Source: a virus. From it: 64,000 bases of DNA. Position numbers and translations under genes: made by a program. The notes beneath the pieces were generated by a model that saw only the letters and a program-made list of their open reading frames with translations, was not told the origin of the DNA and made no database searches. The stretch is from IMG/VR virus record IMGVR_UViG_3300040801_002948, positions 1 through 64,000 of that record; one strand, written 5' to 3'. Below are positions 51,011 to 59,464 of this stretch, piece by piece. How positions within the stretch are numbered: the first letter of the stretch is position 1; the number at the start of each line of letters is the position of its first letter.

Positions 51011-51194
51011 TGAACAGGGATTAAGGGAACTTGGCGAACAAGTACGCGCTGAAGGGCATCAGCACGGGCTTAAAGGTGTTATGGACGTTTTGCAAAAACA
51101 CGGGCTTATCGAAAATTGTACAGCTTGTAATAAAAGTAAAGCGTTGGCATGGCTTCAGATAATTTTGAACGGCACCCAAAGCGGGAAGCAATGA
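50985..51194 (+). CDS. hypothetical protein (69 aa)
   Basis: Overlaps the upstream end by 26 nt. Confidence 0.4.
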   Translation: MHGLLKDFDEQGLRELGEQVRAEGHQHGLKGVMDVLQKHGLIENCTACNKSKALAWLQIILNGTQSGKQ

Positions 51195-51430
51195 TTGTAA
51201 AGGTGGTTCAGGAAGTGTTCAAGCAAGATGTTTCTTGTTTGGAAGACATTCCTGAAGGCCTTCTTTTGTTCTTTGCCTACCAAGACTATAAAACCCTGAT
51301 AAGGCCGCTTGTGGATATAGCGCGCCAACGTGGGCAAACCAACGGGCAAATTGCCATTACATTTGGCGTTTCTAAAGGGTTTGTTGAATATCATTTTTCA
51401 ACGCATAGCCTTTTGGAAGAAGAAGAATGA
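51191..51430 (+). CDS. small HTH protein (79 aa), putative regulator
   Basis: ATGA overlap with the upstream ORF. RQRGQTNGQIAITFGVSKGFVEYH resembles a sigma-region-4/LuxR-like HTH. Acidic tail. Confidence 0.4.
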   Translation: MIVKVVQEVFKQDVSCLEDIPEGLLLFFAYQDYKTLIRPLVDIARQRGQTNGQIAITFGVSKGFVEYHFSTHSLLEEEE

Positions 51431-51582
51431 TGTTTAAGTTTTGGTTATTATTTGTTTACACTCTGAAGGCTTGGCGCTAACGCGTCAGGCCTTTTTGCAT
51501 TGGCAAACAATGCAGAACAGGCGTAAAGCCTTTCTTTGCCGGGCCTTGGTTTTTATTTTTGAGCGAAACAAAACCAATTCAA

Positions 51583-52665
51583 ATGCCTAAAGGCACGCTA
51601 AGGATTCGCACAGTTAGAAATATTGGTTGGGGCTTTAATGATGCAGACCTTGAAGAACAGCTTTCAGGCTTTTCAGGAAACAGAATTGAAGTGCCAATTA
51701 ACAGCTATGGCGGTGACGTTTTTAGTGGCCTTGCAGCTTACAACCTTTTGCGCGGGCGTTCTGAGAAAATCAATACCAAGATTCTTGGCATCGCCGCAAG
51801 TATGGGCACAATTTTAAGCGCTTCAGGTTCTTCCGGGATGGTGGAAATGCCTGAAAATGGCTATTACATGATTCACAACCCGAAAGGCGGGAATTACAGT
51901 GAATCGGAAAAGATGGCAAGCTTTGCTGACCTTTTGCGCCAAATGGAATTGGATATGGCTAATATTTACCGAAAGCGCACACAAAGCGCGGGGCAAGATA
52001 TCAGCCTTGAAACAATCCAAGAATGGATGCGGAAGGAAAAGTGGTTCAACGCTGAAGCCGCTTTGAAGTATGGTTTTGTGGATAAATTGACCGATGGCGT
52101 TAAGCTTTCGGCTCATGTGAATATGGATGAACTAAAGGGGCTTTATTCTAACGTCCCTGATACTCTTTTAAGCAAAAATTATTATCAGATGGGATTTAAA
52201 GACCAGTTCAAAGCCCTTGCAGATGGATTCACTAAGCTTGTGAACTCAATGGAAGAAGAAGGCACAGGAGGCACAGAAGGCGCAAAGCCTGATGCTGAAG
52301 GGCAAGCCCCGGAAAATACCGGCGGGCAAGATTCAGGCAAGCCCGAAGGCAAGCCCGAAAGTAAAGCAGAAGGCGAAAAGCCTAACGCTGAAGCGCCTGA
52401 AGTAAGCGCGAAAATTGAAAAGCTGGAAGCAAGTGTTTCAGACATGAAAAGCGCGCTTGAAACAGTAACCGAAACCTTCAAGGCCGCACAAGCCACAATG
52501 GCTTCAATGGCGAAGACTATTGAAGACCAAAAAAAGGCCAATGCTGCTTTAAAGCAGATGGTCGTTGGCAAGTCTGAAGGCGGGAAAAACACAGCGCCGG
52601 CCGCCGCTGAAGCGATGGCGGAAAAAACCTTCCGTGAAGTGACGAATGAAGCTGAATTTGGCTAA
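51583..52665 (+). CDS. ClpP-like (S14) prohead protease fused to scaffold-like C-terminal region
   Basis: INSYGGDVFSGLAAYN, GIAASMGTIL and YMIHNP are ClpP Ser/His contexts. The C-terminal 150 aa are E/K/A-rich and coiled-coil. Confidence 0.75.
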   Translation: MPKGTLRIRTVRNIGWGFNDADLEEQLSGFSGNRIEVPINSYGGDVFSGLAAYNLLRGRSEKINTKILGIAASMGTILSASGSSGMVEMPENGYYMIHNPKGGNYSESEKMASFADLLRQMELDMANIYRKRTQSAGQDISLETIQEWMRKEKWFNAEAALKYGFVDKLTDGVKLSAHVNMDELKGLYSNVPDTLLSKNYYQMGFKDQFKALADGFTKLVNSMEEEGTGGTEGAKPDAEGQAPENTGGQDSGKPEGKPESKAEGEKPNAEAPEVSAKIEKLEASVSDMKSALETVTETFKAAQATMASMAKTIEDQKKANAALKQMVVGKSEGGKNTAPAAAEAMAEKTFREVTNEAEFG

Positions 52666-52729
52666 AGTTGGCCTTCAGTAACCGTGTGTTTGGCGACACT
52701 TGTATTTCCTTAACAACTATTCAGAAATT

Positions 52730-53944
52730 ATGCAAAAATTACTGATTAAGCCACAGCCAACGCCGGGCAATGACAACGCTTTCTTCTTCACAGATAAGAC
52801 GTTGAACCAATTGGCCCGGGCGCGCTATCAGGACACGTTTGGTTTCTATCAGAACACCTTCAACCTGTTCAGCTACATGCAGATGAACCGGCGCAACCAA
52901 TTTGTCGTGCATTACCCGAAAGGCACGCCGCTTGTGTGGCAGCCTTATCAGGCCTGTTCCTACAATACCACCGGTTCAATCACTCTTGACCGACGGGAAC
53001 TGACACCTGACCCTATCTACATGAAGGAACGCTTCTGCCATGATAGCTTGATGGATTCCTGTTTTGAACATTTCATCAACTACGATGCAAACGGCGATAT
53101 CAGCCTTTCACCTGAAGGCGTGCGCATGTTCAACATGCTTATTGAAGAACTGATGGCCAACGCACAGCTTGGCTTCCGTATCAGCGCCGTTTCCGGGCAG
53201 ATGTTTGACGTTGATTCGGTCAATTTCAGCATGGACAATACTGCAAACATTGAAGACCTTTTCAAGCGAGTACACCCAACGCTTAAAGGCGTTCTGAAAA
53301 TCGCTTACGACCAAGCGCAAATTGATGCGCCTTGGATGGACTTGGACGTTGCTGCTGACACGGATTTTGATGAAATGGGCGAGTTTACCGGAAACCCTGT
53401 TGACGCGGTTGAAGCTATTGCGGCCAAAGCGCCAAAGCCTTTGCGCCAATTGTACAAGCGCGGCGGGACAGTGACCGGTAACCGGTTCAACTTCCTTCCT
53501 ATCATTGTTTGTTCTGATGGGTGGTACAGCGCTTTCTTGCGCCGGTACAATGAAGAAGGCGCACAAGTAGCGCTGAACCGGGTACGCCTGAGCAAGCGGA
53601 CGTTTGGCGCTGAAAATAGCCCAACGCCTACGGAAGTCATGTATCTTGACGGGCGGGTGCCTATTGTGCCGCTGTCTGAAATTACCGGCTTTGACCAATA
53701 CGTTGAAGGCAACCTTAACTTCCTTGGAATTGTCGCTTCCGGCAATATGCAAGTTGGTTCAAGCTTTACGGGCTTGCCAAACGATATTGAAGGCCGGGAC
53801 ATTGGCGTAATGATTGGCCGGGACAATGACATGCACAGTGACAGCTATGGTTCTTATACCGTGCTTTCACACGTACTGGCAAAGACTGCAATTGCAGATA
53901 AAAACTACTTTGCCGGGTGCATCAATCATACGGTGCCCGCATAA
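52730..53944 (+). CDS. major capsid protein (candidate)
   Basis: 404 aa, immediately after the protease/scaffold gene. Followed by a strong hairpin at 53953-53995. No motif-level proof. Confidence 0.55.
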   Translation: MQKLLIKPQPTPGNDNAFFFTDKTLNQLARARYQDTFGFYQNTFNLFSYMQMNRRNQFVVHYPKGTPLVWQPYQACSYNTTGSITLDRRELTPDPIYMKERFCHDSLMDSCFEHFINYDANGDISLSPEGVRMFNMLIEELMANAQLGFRISAVSGQMFDVDSVNFSMDNTANIEDLFKRVHPTLKGVLKIAYDQAQIDAPWMDLDVAADTDFDEMGEFTGNPVDAVEAIAAKAPKPLRQLYKRGGTVTGNRFNFLPIIVCSDGWYSAFLRRYNEEGAQVALNRVRLSKRTFGAENSPTPTEVMYLDGRVPIVPLSEITGFDQYVEGNLNFLGIVASGNMQVGSSFTGLPNDIEGRDIGVMIGRDNDMHSDSYGSYTVLSHVLAKTAIADKNYFAGCINHTVPA

Positions 53945-53952
53945 ATGGCCAA

Positions 53953-53995
53953 ACCTTAAAGGGTTTCATTTAGCCCTTTAAGGTGCCTTTTCTTT
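53953..53995 (+). terminator. strong hairpin / terminator after the capsid gene
   Basis: ACCTTAAAGGG / CCCTTTAAGGT perfect 11-bp stem followed by GCCTTTTCTTT. Confidence 0.7.
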
Positions 53996-54014
53996 AACTT
54001 AAAAACTGATAGCA

Positions 54015-54584
54015 ATGCCAGATTTTAGTTGCCAGTTGCCGGCCATTACCACCGTTGATAATTGCCAAGACCAAGGCGGGCTTTTGACCGTTTTCTGGAC
54101 TGATTCAAGCAATATTGATTGGGAAGCGATGGCCACGGCTACCAATTACACAGACGGGACTTTCAGCGTTCAGTCATGGGTACTGACCACGGGTTCTTGG
54201 AATGAAATCACGTTTGAACGTGAAAACGGGCGGCTTGACAGCCTTTACACTTCCGGTACGAATTACTATGAAGTCAGCCTTTTGAACCTGCTGCTGAAAG
54301 GCCATGAAAAGGCGCGTACCATTGCAATGGGGCAAGCAATTCCCTGTTGTGGTATCATTGCGCAAGTTCATGACAACAACAGCAAGGCGCGTATCATTGG
54401 CAAGGAATTTATCAATGGCGCTTGGGTTGACCCTGTTCGGCGCTTGCGTATTACGCGGCACCTTGACACCACCGGCGCTTTCGGAACGGAAGACGACCTT
54501 GCCCGTGACGAATTTGACCTGACTGCCCGGCACAGTAAGCCTTTGCCTTACTCTGACGTGGATATTGCCACAATGCGGGCATAA
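54015..54584 (+). CDS. structural protein (189 aa), role unknown
   Basis: Position in the head/tail module. Predicted beta-rich. Confidence 0.45.
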   Translation: MPDFSCQLPAITTVDNCQDQGGLLTVFWTDSSNIDWEAMATATNYTDGTFSVQSWVLTTGSWNEITFERENGRLDSLYTSGTNYYEVSLLNLLLKGHEKARTIAMGQAIPCCGIIAQVHDNNSKARIIGKEFINGAWVDPVRRLRITRHLDTTGAFGTEDDLARDEFDLTARHSKPLPYSDVDIATMRA

Positions 54585-54600
54585 TTTCAAAAAACCAAGA

Positions 54601-54849
54601 ATGGCTGATTTTAAATATGGCCCTTCAGAGTTTGCCCAAATTTCACCTGTTCGCGTTGGACTGCCTGCAAAAGGCGGTTCACGCGTATTGGTGGGGCTTG
54701 GTGGTGAGTTCAAAGGGCATACAACAACGCCTGAAGCAACGCCTGAACAATACCGGCAAGCCTATGAATTAGGGTATGCAAAATATGTGGTCAGGGAAGA
54801 AGTAAAAGTTGCTTCAAAGAAGAAAGAAGGCGATAAAAAAGAAAGTTAA
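54601..54849 (+). CDS. hypothetical structural-module protein (82 aa)
   Basis: The internal ATG was chosen. K/E-rich tail. Confidence 0.45.
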   Translation: MADFKYGPSEFAQISPVRVGLPAKGGSRVLVGLGGEFKGHTTTPEATPEQYRQAYELGYAKYVVREEVKVASKKKEGDKKES

Positions 54850-56177
54850 TGTACAGGCTGAAGAACCCTTTGCCAAAAGCCTTAAAGGATGAACACCGTT
54901 TATCTGAATTCTTCCAGAATTACAGGCTTGTGCCATTTGCCGGGTCTTCAAGGTACACTTCGCATAGTTATTTGCGGCTATTGAATGACTTGTATGAGCT
55001 AAGCCCAAGCCATGAAGCTTGTATTGATGACTTAGGGTTCTATTGTTTTGAAGGCACGCCAACGCTGATAAAGAAACCAGCGGGCTTTGTAACGGCACAG
55101 CAGGCAGATGAAGAAGAAATTCCTGAAGCTGAAGTTGTTGCTGTTTCTGAAGCGCTGGCTGACGTGGGTTTGACGTTTATGAAAATAGTAGACGTGGCCG
55201 GGCATTTATACCGGGACTGGAAAAAGACCGGAAACGCTTTTTTGCGCTATCAGCAGTTAGAAATTTCGGGTGAAAAAATTGTCCGGATTGAAGCGGTTGA
55301 CCCTATGGACATTATGTATTTGTACACTGAAAAGGGTGAACCGTTAACGGGCATTTATAGTGAAACGTTCTTTGAAGGCTATTTTCGGGAAATGCCGGAA
55401 TTTGTCAATTTTTACCCGTTCTTCCGGGAAATTGAAAATGGCGTTGAAACGATTATTCATTACAAGCATCAGCGCGACCACGGCAAGTGGTACGGCAGGC
55501 CTGACAGCCTTGCTGCAATTGTTTCAATGCTTACTGAATACCAATACTTGCTTCACAATATGAAAGTGTCAGCAAGTGAAGTTGCAAACAAGGCTATTTT
55601 TGCTTTTAAGCGGAAAAATACCGGTTCAAGCCTTCCGGGCATGAAAGGCACAAGCGCGGCTGACTTGCATTTTGAATCAATGGCGGCGGCTTTAAGGCGG
55701 AAAGGGACAAATAAAGGCAGCACAGAAGAAGTTGACGGCATTGGTGTAATTACTTACCCGGATGAACCGCCAAAGATGTACAGCATGGAAATTGACCGGG
55801 ATTGGAGGTATTTTACTTCAGTAATGCCGCACGCGTCATCTGTCATCTACCACCAAGGGCACCGTTGGTCTGAACTAATCAACGGGCACCGGGCCACACC
55901 GGGAAGCATAGGCGGGAACGTTTTGATTGACCAATTCAAAATAGTGAACACGGCAATTGTCAAGCCCACACAGTCAAGATGGTCACAGCAATACGTGAAC
56001 AAGCTTTTTGAACTTATTGGGCAGTTTACCGGCATTGAAGAACTTGGCGGCTTTAGCCTGATGTTTGAAGACAAAATTACAAGCTTGGTTGGAAGCTTGT
56101 CAGGCGGAACCCAGCAGGGCACGCCAATAGATGAACCGATTGAAGAACCTGAAACCGGCGGCGATGACGATAATTAA
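54849..56177 (+). CDS. portal protein (candidate)
   Basis: 442 aa; by elimination, the only ORF I consider a portal candidate in size and composition. KWYGRPDSLAAIVSMLTEYQYLLHNMKV is portal-like. Acidic C-terminus. Confidence 0.45.
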   Translation: MYRLKNPLPKALKDEHRLSEFFQNYRLVPFAGSSRYTSHSYLRLLNDLYELSPSHEACIDDLGFYCFEGTPTLIKKPAGFVTAQQADEEEIPEAEVVAVSEALADVGLTFMKIVDVAGHLYRDWKKTGNAFLRYQQLEISGEKIVRIEAVDPMDIMYLYTEKGEPLTGIYSETFFEGYFREMPEFVNFYPFFREIENGVETIIHYKHQRDHGKWYGRPDSLAAIVSMLTEYQYLLHNMKVSASEVANKAIFAFKRKNTGSSLPGMKGTSAADLHFESMAAALRRKGTNKGSTEEVDGIGVITYPDEPPKMYSMEIDRDWRYFTSVMPHASSVIYHQGHRWSELINGHRATPGSIGGNVLIDQFKIVNTAIVKPTQSRWSQQYVNKLFELIGQFTGIEELGGFSLMFEDKITSLVGSLSGGTQQGTPIDEPIEEPETGGDDDN

Positions 56178-56901
56178 CAAAGAAGAAGTGGTGCGGCTTA
56201 CGGAGCTTGAGACAGGTTTTTTTGACCGGTTGAGCATTCGCAATATAAAGCTTGTGGAAGCTCAACTGAAAACCACTTGCATTGGCCCTGACCTTTATGG
56301 GGCGCTTGTGGCGGCACTGACGGACTTTTCCGGCGCTTTGCAATACTCAAGCGGCACAACTTACACAATAGGCGAAACGGTTTTTTACAATGGCGTTTAC
56401 AGGGAAGCCACAAAAAGCACCACGCTTGAACCAAGCCATGACTTTGCTTGGAAAGATGCTGAAAAGTTCAATGACGCGGCATTGAATGAACTGTGGAATG
56501 AAAAGGGTCTTGGTGAAGTTTTTGCTTATGCAGTGCTGGCAGATTCATTGCCATTAATCAAAACAAAGACCCGGAACGCGGGCCTTGTGAATAACTTTTC
56601 ATCAGGTGAACAGCGCGCGGTTCAGTATGACATCAGGGACGCTGAAGATTACATTATCAATACAGCGGGCAGGTGGATAGACGTATTTGTTGCCAACTAC
56701 AAAACCGCCGGTTTGCCTTACAGCGTGCCTTGTGTGGACAACTATGAACAATGCACTTGTAATTCAGCGTGCGCAAGCGGTGAAGCAACAAATTTGGAGC
56801 GAATTTTTTATGGCGGCTTTGACTACATAGGGCAAACAAATACCTTGTGCCGGGCCTGCAAAAGAAAAATGTATAATTCGGGGCATTATGGCGTTTATTG
56901 A
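56164..56901 (+). CDS. hypothetical structural-module protein (245 aa)
   Basis: Overlapping start. Cys-rich C-terminus. Confidence 0.5.
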   Translation: MTIINKEEVVRLTELETGFFDRLSIRNIKLVEAQLKTTCIGPDLYGALVAALTDFSGALQYSSGTTYTIGETVFYNGVYREATKSTTLEPSHDFAWKDAEKFNDAALNELWNEKGLGEVFAYAVLADSLPLIKTKTRNAGLVNNFSSGEQRAVQYDIRDAEDYIINTAGRWIDVFVANYKTAGLPYSVPCVDNYEQCTCNSACASGEATNLERIFYGGFDYIGQTNTLCRACKRKMYNSGHYGVY

Positions 56902-57214
56902 TGAACTTAAAAAGGGTGGCTTAAAGCTTGAAAAGGCTTTATGGGAAAAGACCAAAAAAATGATTTTTGCTTCCGGCGAAATGGCACCGGAAGGCACGCA
57001 AGAAAAACGGGTTAACGTTTGCAAAAATTTGCTTGGCGAAAACAAGCCTTGCCCGTATTACGGACAGGTGGCACCTTTCCCAACCGAACAGCTAAAACTT
57101 GAAGGCTGTGAAAGTTGCGGTTGTCCATTTGAGACAAAGGCCCGAATGGTAAAAGCCTTTGGCCAGACTGTAAAATGCCCGCACCCTGATGGTAACAAGT
57201 GGGCAAATTTGTAA
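56888..57214 (+). CDS. small Cys-rich protein (108 aa)
   Basis: VCKN...CPYYG...CESCGCP...KCPH suggests zinc binding. Confidence 0.5.
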   Translation: MAFIDELKKGGLKLEKALWEKTKKMIFASGEMAPEGTQEKRVNVCKNLLGENKPCPYYGQVAPFPTEQLKLEGCESCGCPFETKARMVKAFGQTVKCPHPDGNKWANL

Positions 57215-57230
57215 TTCAAAAACTTTAGGA

Positions 57231-57983
57231 ATGAACTTTGAAACCATTTCACCAAACGAGCGCGGCCGGCTTCATGCAAACCCAAACCGCAACCCAAAAA
57301 CACAGCTTGCCGCAATTGGTACGTGTGACGATTACGGTGCCGTAGGACGTGACGTAATTACCGGCATTGACGGTGACCTTACGGCAATTACCATTGATGG
57401 CGTTGAATACGCTTTTGACAGTGCTGTTGACCATACTGACGTTGACGCGGTTGAAGCGGCCATTGCTGACAAGTTGGAAAACGCGGGCCCTTCAAGCGAA
57501 TACAACATTTGGGTAAAAGCCCGCTATGTTGATTCAGAACTTTCCGTTGTCCATGACGGCCGGCGCACAATTAGCGTCATTGACAAATCAGGCGGCACGT
57601 TCAGCGCTACCCGGTTGACTTCTGAAAAGACAGTCAGCAAGTACACAGTTCAGGACGTTGTTGGTGCTATTTCTGTTTCCTATGGCGGCACCACTCAAGC
57701 GCTGGCAAATAGCCCGTATGCGCACAGCGGGACGGCTGGCACAGATGCGACCACGGCGGCAAGCATTGAAACTGACCTTGTGGCAGCGCTTACGGCAGTT
57801 GGCTTGTCACCTGTTGGCAGCGCCCTTGTTTACCGGGAAACATCAGGCAGCGGCGCGTCAGTTGCTGTTGATAACGCTGAAAGCGCCTATGACATTACCT
57901 TCTGGATTGAAAAGCCGTCCGGTGACGTTAGCCTTAACGGCACAGTCCTGAAGGCAGAAGAAACTACTGTTGAAGTAGTGTAA
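57231..57983 (+). CDS. hypothetical structural-module protein (250 aa)
   Basis: The internal ATG was chosen. Ala/Ser/Thr/Val-rich. Confidence 0.5.
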   Translation: MNFETISPNERGRLHANPNRNPKTQLAAIGTCDDYGAVGRDVITGIDGDLTAITIDGVEYAFDSAVDHTDVDAVEAAIADKLENAGPSSEYNIWVKARYVDSELSVVHDGRRTISVIDKSGGTFSATRLTSEKTVSKYTVQDVVGAISVSYGGTTQALANSPYAHSGTAGTDATTAASIETDLVAALTAVGLSPVGSALVYRETSGSGASVAVDNAESAYDITFWIEKPSGDVSLNGTVLKAEETTVEVV

Positions 57984-58007
57984 ATTTTCACCGAGTTCGC
58001 CAAACCC

Positions 58008-58045
58008 GGGCCCCTGCCTTGTTTTCAGGGCGGGGGCTATTATTT
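58008..58045 (+). terminator. terminator-like hairpin
   Basis: CCCCTGCC / GGCGGGGG stem (one G-U pair) followed by CTATTATTTT. Confidence 0.45.
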
Positions 58046-58052
58046 TGACCGT

Positions 58053-59039
58053 ATGCGTATTTTTTTGACTGTTTCTTTTTTGCTGTTGTGCTTTATTGGC
58101 TTTTCGCAAAACCAGCGAAAGTTCAATTTAAGGTGCGCAGAAGGGGACACGCTAATAAATGACCCTTACTGTGATTGGTGCCAAGTAGGTGAAACTTATT
58201 ACCACTATGGCGTAACTATTGAAAGCCCTTCACAGCGCTTTGAATACATAAGGCACCCTTACACCGCGCGCGGCATAAATGACCGGTTCATTGAAATAAC
58301 TTACGACCGGGACAGTGTTTTTTTGGTGGACAAAAGCTTCACTGTTTTTGAAAACACGGCAATGAAAGTTGTACTTGATAGCTTAAATGGGTGCCCTACA
58401 GCACCGGAAGTGCCGGGCACGGGATGCACGCGAATAGATACAATGTATATTGCTAATGACAGCATTTGCATTGCGCTTGATTGCGACACTACCCTATTTT
58501 GTCAAGACCTTAGTCAATACCGGGACAGCTTGAGTGTTGGCGGTGTCACTGTTTACCGGGAATATTGGACAAGCTTAAATACAGATCAGCTTGCAGTAAC
58601 TGTAAACGGCGGTTCATTGCCTACAGCCACGCGGCAAATCTTTGTGAACGTGGAAGGCATCAAGCAAAAGGAAGGCGCGGCGGGCGTTGGCGACTACACA
58701 GTAAACGGGCCTTTGATAGAATTCAATTATACCCTTGAAGATGAAGACGTTGAAGTTTGGTTCATTGATGAAACGGGGCCTGTTGAAGTTTACCGGGAAT
58801 ACTTCACCGGGCTGAATTCAAGCAGCTTTTCCGTTTCGGTCAATGGTGGTGTTTTGCCCGTCCTAAACCAAGCTTTAAAAGTCTTCATTGAAGGGCAGAA
58901 GCTTTCAGAAGGGCCCAATGGCGATTATGAAATAACAGGCAATTCAATCAATTTAAAATACACCCTTGAAGATGAAGACGCTGAAGTTTGGTTCATTATG
59001 AACACTTCAGATGTAGGCTTTTTGGGCTTATTCAGGTAG
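58053..59039 (+). CDS. protein with signal-peptide-like N-terminus and an internally duplicated ~80-aa domain
   Basis: N-terminus MRIFLTVSFLLLCFIGFSQ. VYREYWTSLN...EDEDVEVWFI is repeated as VYREYFTGLN...EDEDAEVWFI. Confidence 0.6.
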   Translation: MRIFLTVSFLLLCFIGFSQNQRKFNLRCAEGDTLINDPYCDWCQVGETYYHYGVTIESPSQRFEYIRHPYTARGINDRFIEITYDRDSVFLVDKSFTVFENTAMKVVLDSLNGCPTAPEVPGTGCTRIDTMYIANDSICIALDCDTTLFCQDLSQYRDSLSVGGVTVYREYWTSLNTDQLAVTVNGGSLPTATRQIFVNVEGIKQKEGAAGVGDYTVNGPLIEFNYTLEDEDVEVWFIDETGPVEVYREYFTGLNSSSFSVSVNGGVLPVLNQALKVFIEGQKLSEGPNGDYEITGNSINLKYTLEDEDAEVWFIMNTSDVGFLGLFR

Positions 59040-59041
59040 CT

Positions 59042-59464
59042 ATGAGATTTTTACCGGGAACGGCAATTTTTATTGAAGTAAAAAACCTTGGTTTTCAACG
59101 TCTTGGCGTTGGCGAAACAGCGCTTATTTGCGGGTTTAAGTCAGGTTTTTGTTCAAAGAACAATCCTTCAGTCAGATTTTTTGCAGAACGGAAGACAGAA
59201 GGCGACTATTTCATTTACCCTGAATGGAAAATTGGGCTAAGGCGAATAAAAGGCTTGGCCGCTGTTTGCCAAAAAGGCGACACGGTTTATTTGTTTGCTG
59301 AATACAAGAAAGGGGAAATGGCCGTTTTTGTCCAAAAGAAAGGGCAAGAACGAACACCGGGCTTCGTTTCGCAAATGCCCACAGGCTTCATTTCGCGGCT
59401 TGTGCGCCCTTTTTATGCAATTAAGACATCAATACAAAGGCTGACATGGAAAAAGTTAAAATAG
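59042..59464 (+). CDS. hypothetical protein (140 aa)
   Basis: The internal ATG just after the upstream stop was chosen. Confidence 0.4.
   Translation: MRFLPGTAIFIEVKNLGFQRLGVGETALICGFKSGFCSKNNPSVRFFAERKTEGDYFIYPEWKIGLRRIKGLAAVCQKGDTVYLFAEYKKGEMAVFVQKKGQERTPGFVSQMPTGFISRLVRPFYAIKTSIQRLTWKKLK

Noticed and set aside
53108-53832. Long minus-strand ORFs (214 and 175 aa) lie inside the capsid-candidate gene, and a 179-aa one lies at 54174-54713.
   Set aside because: They are shadow ORFs antisense to well-supported + strand genes in a uniformly + strand operon. They have no promoter or leader signal, and their composition is Arg/Ser/Pro-rich.
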